Assembly (NCBI RefSeq): GCF_037042905.1
Contig: NC_087255.1
Coordinates: 6,448,001 to 6,512,000, forward strand
DNA length: 64,000 bases
DNA from: Lytechinus pictus
Taxonomy: Eukaryota
Direction of reading: 5' to 3'
Shown here: in pieces, positions 14,841-29,367 of the stretch
Position numbering within the stretch: position 1 is the stretch's first letter
Layout: every line of letters begins with the position of its first letter
The notes under the pieces: model-generated
The model's input: the letters and a program-made list of their open reading frames with translations, nothing else
Told to the model about the DNA's origin: nothing
Database searches by the model: none
Position numbers and translations under genes: made by a program

Positions 14841-15084
14841 GTGATTACAATATTACAATTTCATATCGTAATCATTAAATCCATTGCCATGTTTCGGCAC
14901 CATCTTTAGCTTAATTACCATTACAGCATTCAATTAATTAAATGTAAAGAATTCAAAATAACATCCAAATATCAAACTCCAAAGAAACGATTACATCGGA
15001 TTTCTTCAAACTACATAATTTCTGAAGAACGGTCACGCACGGTCTACAGACAAGGACCGCAGGCCTATGTTGATACAACACATT

Positions 15085-15098
15085 GTTACCATGGTAAC
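15085..15098. promoter_or_regulatory. RFX X-box motif (perfect palindrome)
   Basis: GTTACCATGGTAAC matches GTTNCCATGGNAAC. Motif match only. Confidence 0.5.
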
Positions 15099-15718
15099 GT
15101 AGATGCTTTCCATTGGTATGTTTGAGGTCCGTTTCCGCTTGTTTTCATCTCGTATCGAAATGGCTTTCTCTATATACGTTTCACTCGGTGTCTTTTGCAT
15201 TCAACGTCTCTATTATAATCTAATCAATGATATATTATGCATCAAATAATTCTCCCTTATTTTAATTGATTCACACAGATATGGCCTTGACAGAGCGAAC
15301 GTTTTATTGTGCTTTTTATTCCGTCCCTTTCTTTTGTTAACGGTATAGGGAATACAGGTGAAAAGGAGAATATTATTGCATTCTTCTTCCGCCTATTAAT
15401 AATGGTGACCTATTATAGGCTCGTGACTGTTTCAACCAGAAAAAGATGGGGGAGAGTGAGAAAGAGAGACAGAGAGAGATAGAAAAATAGGAAGAGAGAG
15501 AGGGAGAGAGGTGATCATTCTGTACCCATGGTAGCCGAAAAATGTTTTCATTTTGATTTCTTAAAATAATACAATTCATCATGTTTTATTTATAGCCAGC
15601 TGCATTTTCATTACATTTACCCAATACTCTTTTAATTTCCATAGCTACATTATTGTAGATGTTTATCATAATAATTATTTGGACATGTGCACATTTAAGT
15701 TGAGAAAATACTCTTTAA

Positions 15719-16330
15719 AGGCCAAGTACACCCCCGAAAAATGATTTGAATAAATAGAGAAAAATCAATTTAGCATAATGCTGAAAATTTCATCAAAATC
15801 GGATGTAAAATAAAAGTTATGACATTTTTAATTTTCACTTATTTCTTTCACAAAATAGTTATATGCACAACTCAGTAACATGCCAATGAGACATTCGATG
15901 ATGTCCCTCACTCACTATTTCTTTTTTTTTATTGTTTGAATTATACAATATTTCATTTTTTTTTACAGATTTGACAACAAGTGCGAACTTGACTGAACCA
16001 TATACTATTAAAATAATGTTAATTCCACATGCTCGGGGATGAATTTATCTTTGTTTCCTTTGTTTCACTTGACAAAAAGGGGAAAATAAGAATTTTTTTT
16101 AAATTTCATATAATAAAATACAACAGAAATAATGAGTGGATGACGTCATCAGTGTTCTCATTTGCATACCGACCAGGATGTGCATATAACTGTTTTGGGA
16201 AAATAAACTAAACTTAAAAATGTCATAAAGTTCTTATTTTACATCTGATTTTGATGAAAATTTCAGGGTTATGCTCGTTGGAGTTTACTCTTTTTATTCA
16301 AATCAACTTTCGTTGGGGTGGACTTGTCCT
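15719..16330. mobile_element. Kolobok-like MITE (TTAA TSD, AGG termini)
   Basis: TTAA|AGGCCAAGTACACCCC...GGGGTGGACTTGTCCT|TTAA. Long imperfect subterminal inverted repeats (TGAAAATTTCATCAAAATC / GATTTTGATGAAAATTTCA). Confidence 0.8.
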
Positions 16331-16534
16331 TTAAAGGTCAAGTCCACCCGGACAAAATAATGGTCACAGACTCACAAAGGTCTACTAAAAAATTGAAAAT
16401 GACGAACACCATTTTGTACCAATTGCAATGTTTACAGACATGCCGATGGACATTTATTTATATTTCATGTTGTTTGAGTTTTGCAAAGACTAAGATTTTT
16501 TTTATTATAATAATGATACCACAACGTCGTATTT

Positions 16535-17691
16535 TTTTACTACTACTACTTCTACTAATAATAATTAGACTTATATCGCGCCAAATCCACTCTGTAGAGT
16601 GCTCGAGGCGCTTTTTAGGAAATTATAAAAGAAATTAAGAAGAATTGAAGAGAAATGTTTTAAGGTATTGTTTGAAAGTTTCAGATGTCAAGCACTGTTT
16701 GATATTTTCAGGGGGGCTATTCCATAACTTGGAGGATGAGTGAACAAATGATCTCCCCCCCCCCCGGTTTTGGAAACTTTGGGGGTAACGAGAGAATTGG
16801 AAAAGGAGGAACGTAAGGATCTTGAAGGTGTATGATTAGTGAAATGAGGTACTGGGGAGAAGAGCCATGGACACAGTGGAAAGTTAACAACAAAATCTTG
16901 AACATAATACGTTGTTTTACAGGGAGCCAATGTAAGGATCTTAAAATAGGAGAAATGTGAGTGCGCCTGGTGGATAGAGAAACGATGCGAGCGGCAGCAT
17001 TTTGAAGTTTCTGAACTTTGACTAACTGATTCTGGGGTAGATTGAACAAAAGGGAGTTTCCAAAATCGAGACGGGACGAAATTAAAGCGTGAACAAATTT
17101 TTCTGTGACCGGTCGAGACAAGTATAACATAATAAAACCGATATTTCGCAATTGGTAGCGAACTGATCTGCAAATAAAAGAGATGTGATTCGACATTGTC
17201 ATGTGATAATAAAAAATATAACGAGATTGCGACAAGAACTTGACAAATTTACAGTGAGGCCAGAAAATGAGATGGAGTCGATGTGGATTTTACTAAGCTG
17301 TACTTTGGAGCCAAAAAGAAGAAATTCACATTTGGCTGGATTCAACTGAAGAGAGTGAGAAGCCAGTCATATTGTGAACATCAACCATGCAACATTCAAG
17401 ACGATGAATGGAACATTCTGCAGCTAGTTGATCCGAATTAAAGGAAATCAAGTCTGCATAAATATGGTATTTTATGCCTTGTTTCAACAGAACTTGTCGC
17501 AATCCAGATAAATAAATCAAGAAGAGAGTTGGCCCGCCCAAAGAACCCTGTGGTACTCCACGAGAGAGAGGCAAAGCATCAGACTTATAACCGTTAATAC
17601 AAACAATCTGAGAGTGGAATGAGAGATAAGACTCAAACCACTTGTAAGCCTCACCCTTGACACCGAGTGAACTAAGTGTGTTCAAAAGGAC
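16535..17691 (-). pseudogene. Decayed L2-clade LINE ORF2 (RT and C-terminal region) with 3' tail; runs into an N gap
   Basis: Motifs GVPQGSLGGPTLFLIY, YAD, SRLDFGNSLL, LQNAAAR and HISPILRSLHWLPVKQRIMFKILLL are spread over frameshifted ORFs 17326-17685 and 16717-17235. 3' end reads AAGCGCCTCGAG...GGCGCGATATAAG followed by (TTA/TAG)n. Confidence 0.88.
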
Positions 17692-18652
17692 NNNNNNNNN
17701 NNNNNNNNNNNNNNNNNNNNNNNNNNNNNNNNNNNNNNNNNNNNNNNNNNNNNNNNNNNNNNNNNNNNNNNNNNNNNNNNNNNNNNNNNNNNNNNNNNNN
17801 NNNNNNNNNNNNNNNNNNNNNNNNNNNNNNNNNNNNNNNNNNNNNNNNNNNNNNNNNTATAGTGGAATGACTTCACGACTATTTTTCGTTTGCCTGTGCC
17901 ATATAATTTAAAATCGTATGCACCTGTTTTATGAAGTATAAGCCACTGTGTATGAATTTATGAACATGAAGCATGACTGTTACATACAAAATTGTATATA
18001 GGCATGCGCACGCGTAGATCGTGTGCGATTTGGTTGAATGCTTGATGAGTCAATGTGCCGTGTAATTTCGAATCTTCACGGATGAAAGATGATTAATCGG
18101 CAATAAGCGGAAAGGAAGAAATGACTATGTGCCAAAATGTTCAGCTAATTACCATATTTATGAATTATACTTTAATTATCAAATGCATTTAGCCTGTAAT
18201 AATTAACGTACCTTGACCACCCCTATGATTTAACAGCTCTGTGATATAAATTATGTAAATGTTAGAGTAGCAAGAGCAAGCTAACTGTTGCATAAATGCA
18301 TAGGAAATCCTACAATAAGTTGAATGAATCAAAGAAACTGGTCGAATTATGGGGACTAATATTCCAACTCATTGAAAATAAATAATGGATCGGTTAGTTA
18401 AATAAGATTTTGTGAAATTGCTTGCTACTCTCCTCAAAGTCATTCATTTAATTAGTAATTTATTTTTTTCATCAAATTATTATNNNNNNNNNNNNNNNNN
18501 NNNNNNNNNNNNNNNNNNNNNNNNNNNNNNNNNNNNNNNNNNNNNNNNNNNNNNNNNNNNNNNNNNNNNNNNNNNNNNNNNNNNNNNNNNNNNNNNNNNN
18601 NNNNNNNNNNNNNNNNNNNNNNNNNNNNNNNNNNNNNNNNNNNNNNNNNNNN

Positions 18653-18820
18653 TTATAATCATTAGTGTTAATATTATTATCCTTATTATTATTAATATTA
18701 ATACTACTACTTTTATTATTATTATTATCATTATTATTATCTTTATTATTATTATCAATATTAGTACTACTACTATTATCATTATCATTATTATTATCAT
18801 CATCATTATTATTATCATTA
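18653..18820. repeat. (ATT)n microsatellite
   Basis: Seen directly. Confidence 0.9.
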
Positions 18821-21751
18821 ATTTAGGGGCTTCAGTAATTTACATCATGTCTCTCAACTAAACATTATCATAAACATTGCACGTATATAAACGCTTTACG
18901 GGTTTTGTTTTTAACCCAGTCATCGGATTTTAATCAGTCATCCACGCACACAACGTATGCGCATCATCCACCTCCTTGGGAGTATTCCAGTCAGTCGTCA
19001 TGTGAGTCACTCACAATGCTAGACGAGTTCTTACTATTCCACCTTGTGATTGAATTTCGTTTAAATCGTTAACCGTGAAAAAATATACATAACGGTATAA
19101 AACTATGCTCCATTAGCCTTCTTTATTTCTCTTTTATTTCATTATCATTAAAATAAGTGAAATGGATTAATATATATCACTTTATTTATCAACTAATAAT
19201 ATTTGTATGATTCATTACACTTTTTCAGATATGATATATCATTTGGCTCCGATTGATCTCATTTTACTTTGTTTTATTTTTTCTGTTTGTTTATTTACTT
19301 ATCGATTTGAAATATTATTAATTTAATATGTCTGGTTTTCATTTGTTCTAATACTGCTTCTTACTGCAGTTAATATTTCATTCTTCAACCAGNNNNNNNN
19401 NNNNNNNNNNNNNNNNNNNNNNNNNNNNNNNNNNNNNNNNNNNNNNNNNNNNNNNNNNNNNNNNNNNNNNNNNNNNNNNNNNNNNNNNNNNNNNNNNNNN
19501 NNNNNNNNNNNNNNNNNNNNNNNTCGTTCCAATTAAATTAATGAAATGCAAGTTATACAAAATTCATAATCGAGATCGGTATGTATTGCTCGCACTGAAA
19601 TACAAGCGCAACGCGCACAATGGCAGAAGAAGGCAAAACAAATATTTTATTGGGGGAAATAGCTTCATTTTTATAAATAACATTTCAGAAAGTAGCTGAC
19701 GGCAGGTGTAATCATCATCCAAATGGCATTGTGAAAGAACCCCAGAAAACCCCTTTTATTATTCAACGGATACAAAAATACGAACGGTACCGGTATCTGG
19801 AAGAGCGCTAGATATAAAGCTTGGAATGAAATACAAACATGCCAAGGAGAGGGGTCATGCCAATGTATACCACCAGGTTTCGTCAATAATTCAATATATT
19901 CTATAAGGGCGGACATCGTCTTGGAAAATGATGGATGACACTCGAAGGGCTAGTATGTGGCCTACATAACGATGAGGGGTCAGAAGTGTTTGTAAACAGC
20001 CAGTATAGGGAGTTTTGCGCAATCGCGTCGGGGACGGATTCTACAACACAGAAAATCTATTGTCCAAGGCCCTTCATGATAAAGCAGTCTTTGTCGAAAA
20101 TCGGTGAATCAAAATAACAGTTTCGTCTATCGTAAAAAAGGGGACATATTTGCAATATGTTGTCTGCTCCGAATCTTACGACGATCAGCTATCCCGGTTC
20201 GCCAACTTTCGACAAAGACCGCTAGGCTGTTCATTGTGATTTGATGGGCATTTTCAATAGATTTACTATGTTGTAGAATCCGCCCCCCCCCCCGTTGCGG
20301 TTGTGAAAACTCGCTAATAACACATTCCAAAACACCACTCTAATAGTTAACATCGAACCTGGGGAGGGGGGGGGGGGTATTTAATACTGGGGAGTGGAAA
20401 TTTATACGCTTAGTGTGTTACGGCTATCGAGCAGGGGTATGTAATACAGTAAGCATGGTAAGTAGGCTTATATCTCAATAAAATCATTGACTATTCATAA
20501 TATTTCTTTAAAAATATTTGTATAAAGACAAAAAGAGAATATTTTTTACCCCCAAAATATGACTGCGTTAAGTATAAACGCAAAGGGGGGGAACAGGACA
20601 AGATCTACGTATTTAAAACAGGACAGAGAAGCATTGATTGGGAAACATTGCATTTGTTAAATGCACACTCTTAAAAGAGATTGGTAAAAATAAAAACGTA
20701 CTGAATTCCCAGCTCCAGAATTAGTTGACATCTATTTGGTATGTAAATTCTTTTAAATTTAAGTTAAAAAAGTTTCTCCAAGACACTCCTTAGTTTATTT
20801 AACTCTTCATTACTCATACATTATATTTTTTCATATAATATTATACTCAGCATTACGAACCGTGACTTATGATATTTTTTTGTTTTCCTGTTGATCCGTA
20901 TTATTCGCTGTGAGTGCCGGGGCAAGAATCTGGAGACTATTGATCTCGCTTTTTATTTTCATTTTTTATTCTTTTTTTTTTTTAACTATACATTCAAATG
21001 GATTCATGCTCAAATTTCTACCATGTTGTATTTGTGTTTTGTTTATATTGTTCATACGAATATGTAATAGGAGGCTGCATTCTACAAGCTTCGCTTTTTA
21101 GCAGCTTCCTCCGTTTCCGACATGATACATGGTTATCTTGGTTATTATATATATATAAGTTTCCTTGTTTTATTGATTATAATTATATCAAGATGTATGT
21201 AACAAAACTTATTTGTAAATGATTGTTGGAAATGGAAAATAAATGAAATGAAATGTATATTGTAACAATGACTATCAAATTGGTTAATGCATCAACTTTT
21301 TTATTGGCCGGATTCACCTACGGGTTATTTTGAACGATCCTCCTTATACAGTGTACTTTATGTATTACAAAAATGGACTTAAAGGAGGGAGGGTGGGGGC
21401 TTCCGCACCCCCATCTCCTACTTTCATTCAGGTCTTCTGAACAACAATGGAATGCATAACTTGTGTTGTGTTCTCATCATGCATACCTGCATACCGTAAG
21501 AGATTTCCTGTCATAGTAAACGTGTGTTATAAATCATCATCATAGCGGCGGCATCGATATGATAAAGGTTATATACAGGCTCGATACCTATTAGCTTTCT
21601 TAAGATTCATATACGATATCATTACCAGAGCCATTACACCCAACAAGTGTTATCACAAATACCACCATCAACATTCATCCATAGAAACATTAAGATCGTC
21701 ATCATCAACATTCTAATGCAACCATCGTTATCATCACTACCTCCACCGTCA

Positions 21752-21993
21752 CACTGCAAAATTGCCGGTGTTGATTTAACACCAGCCTGGTATCTACATC
21801 AGTCCACACCGGAGAGGTGTTGAAACAACACTGGTTTGGTGTTACGCTAACACCAATTTGGCATTTAAGCAACACCAATTAGTGTTAAAGCAATATCAGT
21901 TTGATTATTAACTGGTGTTGTCTCAACACCTCTCTGGTGTGGACCGATATAGATACCAGGCTGGTGTTAAATTAACACCTGTGTTTTGCAGTG
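21752..21993. mobile_element. CAC-terminated foldback MITE (EnSpm/CACTA-like), AACACC-repeat type
   Basis: CA|CACTGCAAAA...TTTTGCAGTG|CA (2-bp TSD). Nearly fully palindromic. Second copy at 42735-42976. Confidence 0.85.
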
Positions 21994-23834
21994 CATCAAA
22001 GATACTGGCTTTTTGGTTTTACAAATTAAAAAACCCTGTCTAAAATCTTATACAATGCTGACATGATGAAGCTTGTAGAGCACTTCCCGATTGATAAGAA
22101 CAAAGTGTTCCACAGTGTGTACATAGTGTGTTCACAGTGTGGAATAAATTGTGAAATCACCTTCACACTGTTATATTTGAGCACTTCAACAGTGCGAATC
22201 ACAATTCACATAGTCTAGTATGCAACACACTGTAAATATCCACACCACACACAGTGTGGAATTCCTTTTCCATCGCTAAATTTGACTATTTTTAACAGTG
22301 TGAATAATATTTTCAGAGAGTACATGGTGACTAAATGCGATCACACTGTGTTTCTTCTAGCAGGGTTGTTTAACAGTTTAAACAAGCAAGAGCAAATTTG
22401 ATTTTTTTAGATTTTAAACACTTGTTTAAAGTGTTTACACAACTTCTGGGAGGTTCATATAGAAATCAAATTTAAACAACTTATGTACTGTGCATCAGTC
22501 CTTATTTTACTCGTGAAATTCTGGGACTATTTGCTCAACTCTTTATTTTCAGATTTCTCAAATATCTTCACGTTTTCAAAATCACAAAATTATGATAATA
22601 ACCTCTCTTTAATTCATAATTATGAAACAAATTAATGATTAAATAGGATGATAACGATATCCTTATGACACAAACTCACACCTATTTCACCTTTACAATA
22701 AAATAATATAAAAATTAATGCCATATACGTCTAGTAACCCTTTAAGACACCATCAAAGAAGGCTTTAAGATTTATACAGGATTCAAACATGGCACTTCGA
22801 TTTCACACGACAGAGAATCTTGGTGTATTAAAACTTTAATGATCAGACTCTGAAATTATTGAGAGCATTGGCCGTTTTTAAAAGGTAATAGTAGATTATT
22901 CATATTTGCTTCCCCGGAACAAGCTAACCACTTTCTTGTCCATTCCATATAATGCAAAATCTGGATTTAAAAGGAGTGGATAGCGAGGGTAAATTTTTGT
23001 TTCGTCTTGAAGGAATACGCTTAGTATTAATATGAATGAAACATCTCTATGTGGGAGGGAAAAGTTATGTTTTTTTAGTGTGGAATATCTTACTCATGAA
23101 GCAAAAAATTCAAATCCATGAAATCCGACATTATTTATAAATGTTATCTCTCTGTTGGCTTTCCTCCTAAAAACATACACCAAAATAATAAACAAAAACA
23201 GAATGGTTGAGCATTTTGCCTTGTAGTTATAATCATATTATTCAATGTCTTGTCTTTGATTTGGGGTGTCACCGAAATCATCAAATTTAATTTGAGGATC
23301 TTCATGAAGAATTTGATCGGGTGATGTAAATATCACGAAGGGGGGGGGGGGGAGGGTACAATTTACACCACTGCAAAAAGGACTCGCTACCATGTGTACT
23401 AAATAGTAAACTGAGATTGATTTTCATGATCATATTCAATTTAATTTAGTTGTCACAATCATCATGAAGTTGAAAAGTAATCGAAAAATAAAATGAATAC
23501 TTTCGTCGCGAAACGATCATATTTTGAATCAAATCTGTCGAGTTGTAATGAATAATCTATTCTAAATTCTCCAGCATTACTCATACAGCAAACATAACAA
23601 CTCAAGCCGAACGCTTACAAATCTTATTTGAAACGTCATCCAAAATTCGATGCATGATGACAACAAATCCTCTTTCAGTCATATAAATGCAATATTGTCT
23701 GGCGCCATCTCGTGTTACACCGAAGAAAGGGTGAAATGTAGTCTGAATCTGAACAAGATGTGAACATGTTCCGTTATTCATTAAAAAAAAAAAATATCGT
23801 CAATTTTTCATTTCAGGGGGTAAAGGAGAGAAGA

Positions 23835-23874
<40 letters not shown>

Positions 23875-23951
23875 TGATGAACAGTGAAACTAGGCGACAA
23901 TTTCAGGGACACGATAGGGATCCGTGAAGAAGAGAAAACATAGTAATCTAA

Positions 23952-24490
23952 GGCTCCGTCTTACAATAATTTACCATTGATCCGATCAACCACAACTATG
24001 GAAAGCCAGCAGTGCCAACCTCTAAAATACAGTCATGGTTGTTCAAGATGTTTTCTAGATATGCTGTGTGCCTTTACATCCATCATTGTCTTGACAATTC
24101 AGCGTGCNNNNNNNNNNNNNNNNNNNNNNNNNNNNNNNNNNNNNNNNNNNNNNNNNNNNNNNNNNNNNNNNNNNNNNNNNNNNNNNNNNNNNNNNNNNNN
24201 NNNNNNNNNNNNNNNNNNNNNNNNNNNNNNNNNNNNNNNNNNNNNNNNNNNNNNNNNNNNNNNNNNNNNNNNNNNNNNNNNNNNNNNNNNNNNNNNNNNN
24301 NNNNNNNNNNNNNNNNNNNNNNNNNNNNNNNNNNNNNNNNNNNNNNNNNNNNNNNNNNNNNNNCAGAGTATACAAAGCGCTGTTAGCTTACAAGGGACAC
24401 TGTAAATTTCTGACAGGAAAATTTATGACATTGATTTCCATATAGCTAAGATTTATCAAATCAGTCGCAACTCTTTGTAAGACGAGGCCC
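23952..24490. mobile_element. MITE with GGGCCCCGTCTTACAAAGAG-type TIR (spans a gap)
   Basis: GGCTCCGTCTTACAA...CTCTTTGTAAGACGAGGCCC. Interior matches 35531-35744 in the opposite orientation. Confidence 0.72.
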
Positions 24491-26182
24491 TGAATTGAAC
24501 ATTGACATTTGAGAAGGAAAGTAATATCGAAAGTCAACAGACAGACATGGCGATAGAAATGGAAATCGAATAATGTAACACGACTCGAAAAAAGTGATAC
24601 AGGAATACATTCATGTCTGTTCAAATTCATTCAGCTCCTCGATACCGCGGTAAGGAATTCAATGTGCAAGGACGATTTATTGGAAATTGTATACATTCCT
24701 GAATGCTTTCCCACTTCTCTTTTTGCACACGTCTATTTCATATAACCGTCTTATACATTATTTTGTATAAAGTCATCAATTTCATCTGATTTTCTCATCA
24801 CATTTCCTCTCATTGAATTTTTGTTTTAGTTCCTATGATCTTCTAATGCCTTTCTACGTCAAGGTTTTACATTTCTCTTTGTTTCCTTTTGAACAAAAAT
24901 CATTGATTACCATTGAATAATGAAAAACTTTTTTTCTTTAGGACAAGTCAAATAAGGAAAAATGATGGTGGCATGGTGGCACGTAATCAATTTAAAGCTA
25001 CAATTCCAATATCTTGTTATAACTCATAACTTAAAGAATACCGGCAATATATTTATGGAAATTCGTTAATATTTAGTTGATCAAAACATGAATTTATTAA
25101 GCGTCTGTTATCTCTCATTAAAACTATAATGATACTTGCGCATCCTTCATTTTTCCCTCCATACAAAATTGATACATTTTCTAAGACTTCACGAAGCTGC
25201 AAACAAAATACGTCCATGGAATAGTTAATAAGTCCCTTTAAATACATCATGCCGAGAGGCGAAACCTTAGACGGGCAGCACCAGCGAGTTTAAAGAGCCA
25301 ATAGTTCAACATACTCGACAATCCCGTCAATTATTGGTTGCGCCAAGCCCTCATGAATAAGGTCTGTTAACCGGCCTGAAAACCGTGGCCTATATTTCCC
25401 CCATCAAATCCCCTGCACATGGTGAGATGATTGCTTCAATGTTGACCGGTCACTTCTTATGCGAATCCGTCTGTTGTTTATTTGCCGGGCCTGCATGGTC
25501 TCATCCTTCCTTCCTTCCTCCACCTCCNNNNNNNNNNNNNNNNNNNNNNNNNNNNNNNNNNNNNNNNNNNNNNNNNNNNNNNNNNNNNNNNNNNNNNNNN
25601 NNNNNNNNNNNNNNNNNNNNNNNNNNNNNNNNNNNNNNNNNNNNNNNNNNNNNNNNNNNNNNNNNNNNNNNNNNNNNNNNNNNNNNNNNNNNNNNNNNNN
25701 NNNNNNNNNNNNNNNNNNNNNNNNNNNNNNNNNNNNNNNNNNNNNNNNNNNNNNNNNNNNNNNNNNNNNNNNNNNNNNNNNNNNNNNNNNNNNNNNNNNN
25801 NNNNNNNNNNNNNNNNNNNNNNNNNNNNNNNNNNNNNNNNNNNNNNNNNNNNNNNNNNNNNNNNNNNNNNNNNNNNNNNNNNNNNNNNNNNNNNNNNNNN
25901 NNNNNNNNNNNNNNNNNNNNNNNNNNNNNNNNNNNNNNNNNNNNNNNNNNNNNNNNNNNNNNNNNNNNNNNNNNNNNNNNNNNNNNNNNNNNNNNNNNNN
26001 NNNNNNNNNNNNNNNNNNNNNNNNNNNNNNNNNNNNNNNNNNNNNNNNNNNNNNNNNNNNNNNNNNNNNNNNNNNNNNNNNNNNNNNNNNNNNNNNNNNN
26101 NNNNNNNNNNNNNNNNNNNCACGCTTATTTTCTGCTTTCCTGTCGCTTGGCCCCCGACCAAAAATATACACAGTACAAAAGA

Positions 26183-26405
26183 CGCTGTTAAAAATGTGTA
26201 TAGAACGCTGTTTACTACATAAACATTAAAGTAGTTGCTTAACAACTGTTTATCTTCAATAAATTAAGCATGGTTGTTTAAAACTTTAAACAATTACTGT
26301 TTAAACATTTCAAACACTTGTTTAAACTGTTAAACAACTACTGTAAATTCCATATAGGAAAGCGCGTTTTTGTATAAAGCACATTAAGAAAGAGTTTTTA
26401 CAGTG
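26183..26405. mobile_element. CAC-type MITE with (T)GTTTAAAC repeats
   Basis: GA|CGCTGTTAAAAA...TTTTTACAGTG|GA (2-bp TSD). Repeated TGTTTAAACA-like motifs; related remnant at about 22360-22480. Confidence 0.6.
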
Positions 26406-26765
26406 GAAAGCTCGATTCTTCCAAATTCTTCTACACATCCCAGCCTCATCTGTTTTGGTGACCATTGGTCAAATATAACAGATATAATAGTAAATGAATG
26501 AATAAATATTTGAATATGGCAAAGGATATGGTGCTGGCCATGTGATCCGGTCTTGGAGTCAACTATGACTCGATCGTTAGGGAGAATCTACCCTGCATGA
26601 ATAGCTTGGCATGGGGCAATGATGCTAATAATTCGACGCGAACGTATTAAGAGCTGACATCAACGCTAACATTCTAACATACCACATTGAGGTGATAGAG
26701 GGAGATCCTATGACGTCATAGCCAGCCATTTTCGGATATGGGAGAGGAGTATAAATGGACCAATA

Positions 26766-27080
26766 ACTTCACAAAGATGTGTGTCTATAAATATCACTGG
26801 AAATGTGTGTGGTTAATAAGGATTACAATTTCTGTAACCACTGACGAACAGATCGGGGGGGGGGGGGTTGGGGAGATATGGCCCCTAAAGTTTCACGACC
26901 AATAAAACAAAATAGAACGGAAAGGAAAGGGATAGAGTAAAATTCTATATAACTTTCTGAATCTTATGTCAAACTCCATACGAAAATCAGATTCTTGTAG
27001 CAAAAAAGTCCTATTTTGAGTAATACATGACTTCACAAAGATGTGTGTCTATGAATATCACTGAAAATGTGTGAGGTTTA
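26766..27080. repeat. ~50-bp direct repeats flanking a decayed hAT-like fragment
   Basis: ACTTCACAAAGATGTGTGTCTAT.AATATCACTG.AAATGTGTG at about 26766 and 27031. The interior resembles modules of 1346-2901. Confidence 0.6.
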
Positions 27081-29081
27081 TGCCATTTATAATCTTCCGA
27101 TTTATATTCATGAATCATGTATGCATTTATTTTGCTTGAGTTTTTTAATGGGAAATAAATGAACTGAACTGAACATATCATTCACGTCATCAATTTGTTT
27201 TCAAGCGGTCCTTTAAGAATCATATGCGCCGTCACAACGTATCGCGTGTCATATTCCATTTCCATATCTTTCATCACACCATTAAATATTTACTTCAAAC
27301 ATTCACCATGCTTGATCAAGTCATGTTCATGTGTGAACAAAAACCACTTAAGAATTCTCTGTTTAAATACATTGGCAATTCACCTATTCATCTCAGATAC
27401 ATACCTGTAATAATCACTGATTCGTGTAAGCTCTACAACTTACATTTTATCAGCATTTCTATGAACATCTTAACAAGAGTGACAATCAATATGATTTCCA
27501 TTCAAGATATGAGAAGATTCTTGTCAAAATATAATACACCGTATCAAGGAACAAGATATTCGTATATTTTTTAAAGATTTTTTTTTTCTATTTAAGATAT
27601 TAGAAGATTCTTTTCAAAATGAATATATCCTAGTCATATATAAAAACCAAGATACTCGTATATATATATTTTTTTTACAAGAAACCACTTTCTACTATTA
27701 GAAAATTCTTGTAAAGTGAATATATCATATTCATTTAAAATGATAAGATATTTAGATGTTCCATAAAGTACCCCCCTAATATAAGGCAATTAAATTCTCA
27801 CATACATGTAGCTTTTCGTTTTCCTGTCACTTTCAGTACCCAAGAAATAACAATAGTTCATTTGGTATCATTGATTTAATTGACAAAGCAGTCTAAGCGC
27901 GCATGGCCACAAAAAAAGACAATAGTACAGTTTAAACGATTGATAAATGCATAGGATGCAGAAATTATTTCAGTCACTAATCCCCTATAATTTGCGCGAT
28001 TTTTCTTCTGAAAGAAGAAACTTTCATTGTCGCGAACAGAGTTTTTTTTAATTTATTTATTATAATTTTTTTTGCAAATCTGAGTATGGCATTTTTTTAC
28101 AGGAGAACTAGATTAATAAAACAATATATATATATATATATATATATACCTTGCAGAGAAGTATATAATACATTGTTTCTTTCTATGATATACTAATGGT
28201 TTAAGATGTGAAATATAAAGCAAATTGTCACCTCTTGATGTCGGGTGACGAGGTATAGATTACCACTTCATTGGCGAACGGGATGTACTCGCTATATCTT
28301 TCCTCAGCTTCGCTTCGGTAAGATAGCGACATCCAGCTTGCCTCGAAAGGTGATATAGTTTGCCCATCACCTTTACCACCAGTGATTATTTGCTAAGTAT
28401 CATCAACACCAAGAAGATAAAATGAAACAAAAAATCAATATAAAATGTTGACAATCGCACGCACACCTATACACACTATAAGAAAATACACTCGTATCCA
28501 GTATGCACATAAAAAAATCAGTGACTTGATACAACAAGATAAAAGCTATGTAAATGAAATGCCTTGTTCAAGGTCGCAATGTCGTAAGGGGGTTCGAACC
28601 CCAGACCCAGCCCCCACAGTCAACAGTCTCAAAATCACGCTTCAACACAAAATTAACACCATTGCTTGATCACCAAGACGGATTCATCTCCAAATCAATT
28701 TCAAGGCAAAACGTGCTTTATACAGGATAACAACCAACAAAAACTTACCTTTTTACCCCTCCACTTCACGTCCGACACCTGCTAAGTTCCTCTTACGTAC
28801 ATATTCGGTATTCCATCTTTGTCCAGTGATCAAAAAGGATATTCAAGACCCTATTTTTTCCATTATTTCATGAAATATCAATGAGACACGGGATACCCAA
28901 AAGCGAACAAAAAACTGGATGCTTGGATAAAAAAAAAAGGTTAGCCCTGATTCAATCTGAACGATATCTATAATTTACGCGAAGTGACGAACTTCGGGAG
29001 ATCGAGGAAGTCGCAAGTACGAGAAAAACAAAACAAACAGAGATGGGGAAGAAAGAGAGAAGACAGAGAGAATATAATGTA

Positions 29082-29112
<31 letters not shown>

Positions 29113-29367
29113 TGGAGAGAGATGGGGAAGGGGGGAGACATTTTTTTAAGGTGAAAGGGGGGTTTACAAAAGAAACATAATACAATGAAAAACGACGAAT
29201 TCGTACAAAGCTAGCTATTTATTCATTTATACAAATACATTTTGACAGGGACAGGATCAGAATGGGACACTGCGTCTATATATATTTTAATAATATCGAT
29301 GATATAAAGACACAAATATGATCCTAAAAAAGACCCACAATATAGCATACAAAAGCTAAGAGTGTAA

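Noticed and set aside
25385-26245. Long ORFs of 246-268 aa
   Set aside because: Almost entirely N-gap (X residues). The same applies to the other gap-spanning ORFs.
28743-28790. Minus-strand micro-exon with AAG|GTAAGT donor
   Set aside because: No polypyrimidine tract at the candidate acceptor, and extended frames contain stops.
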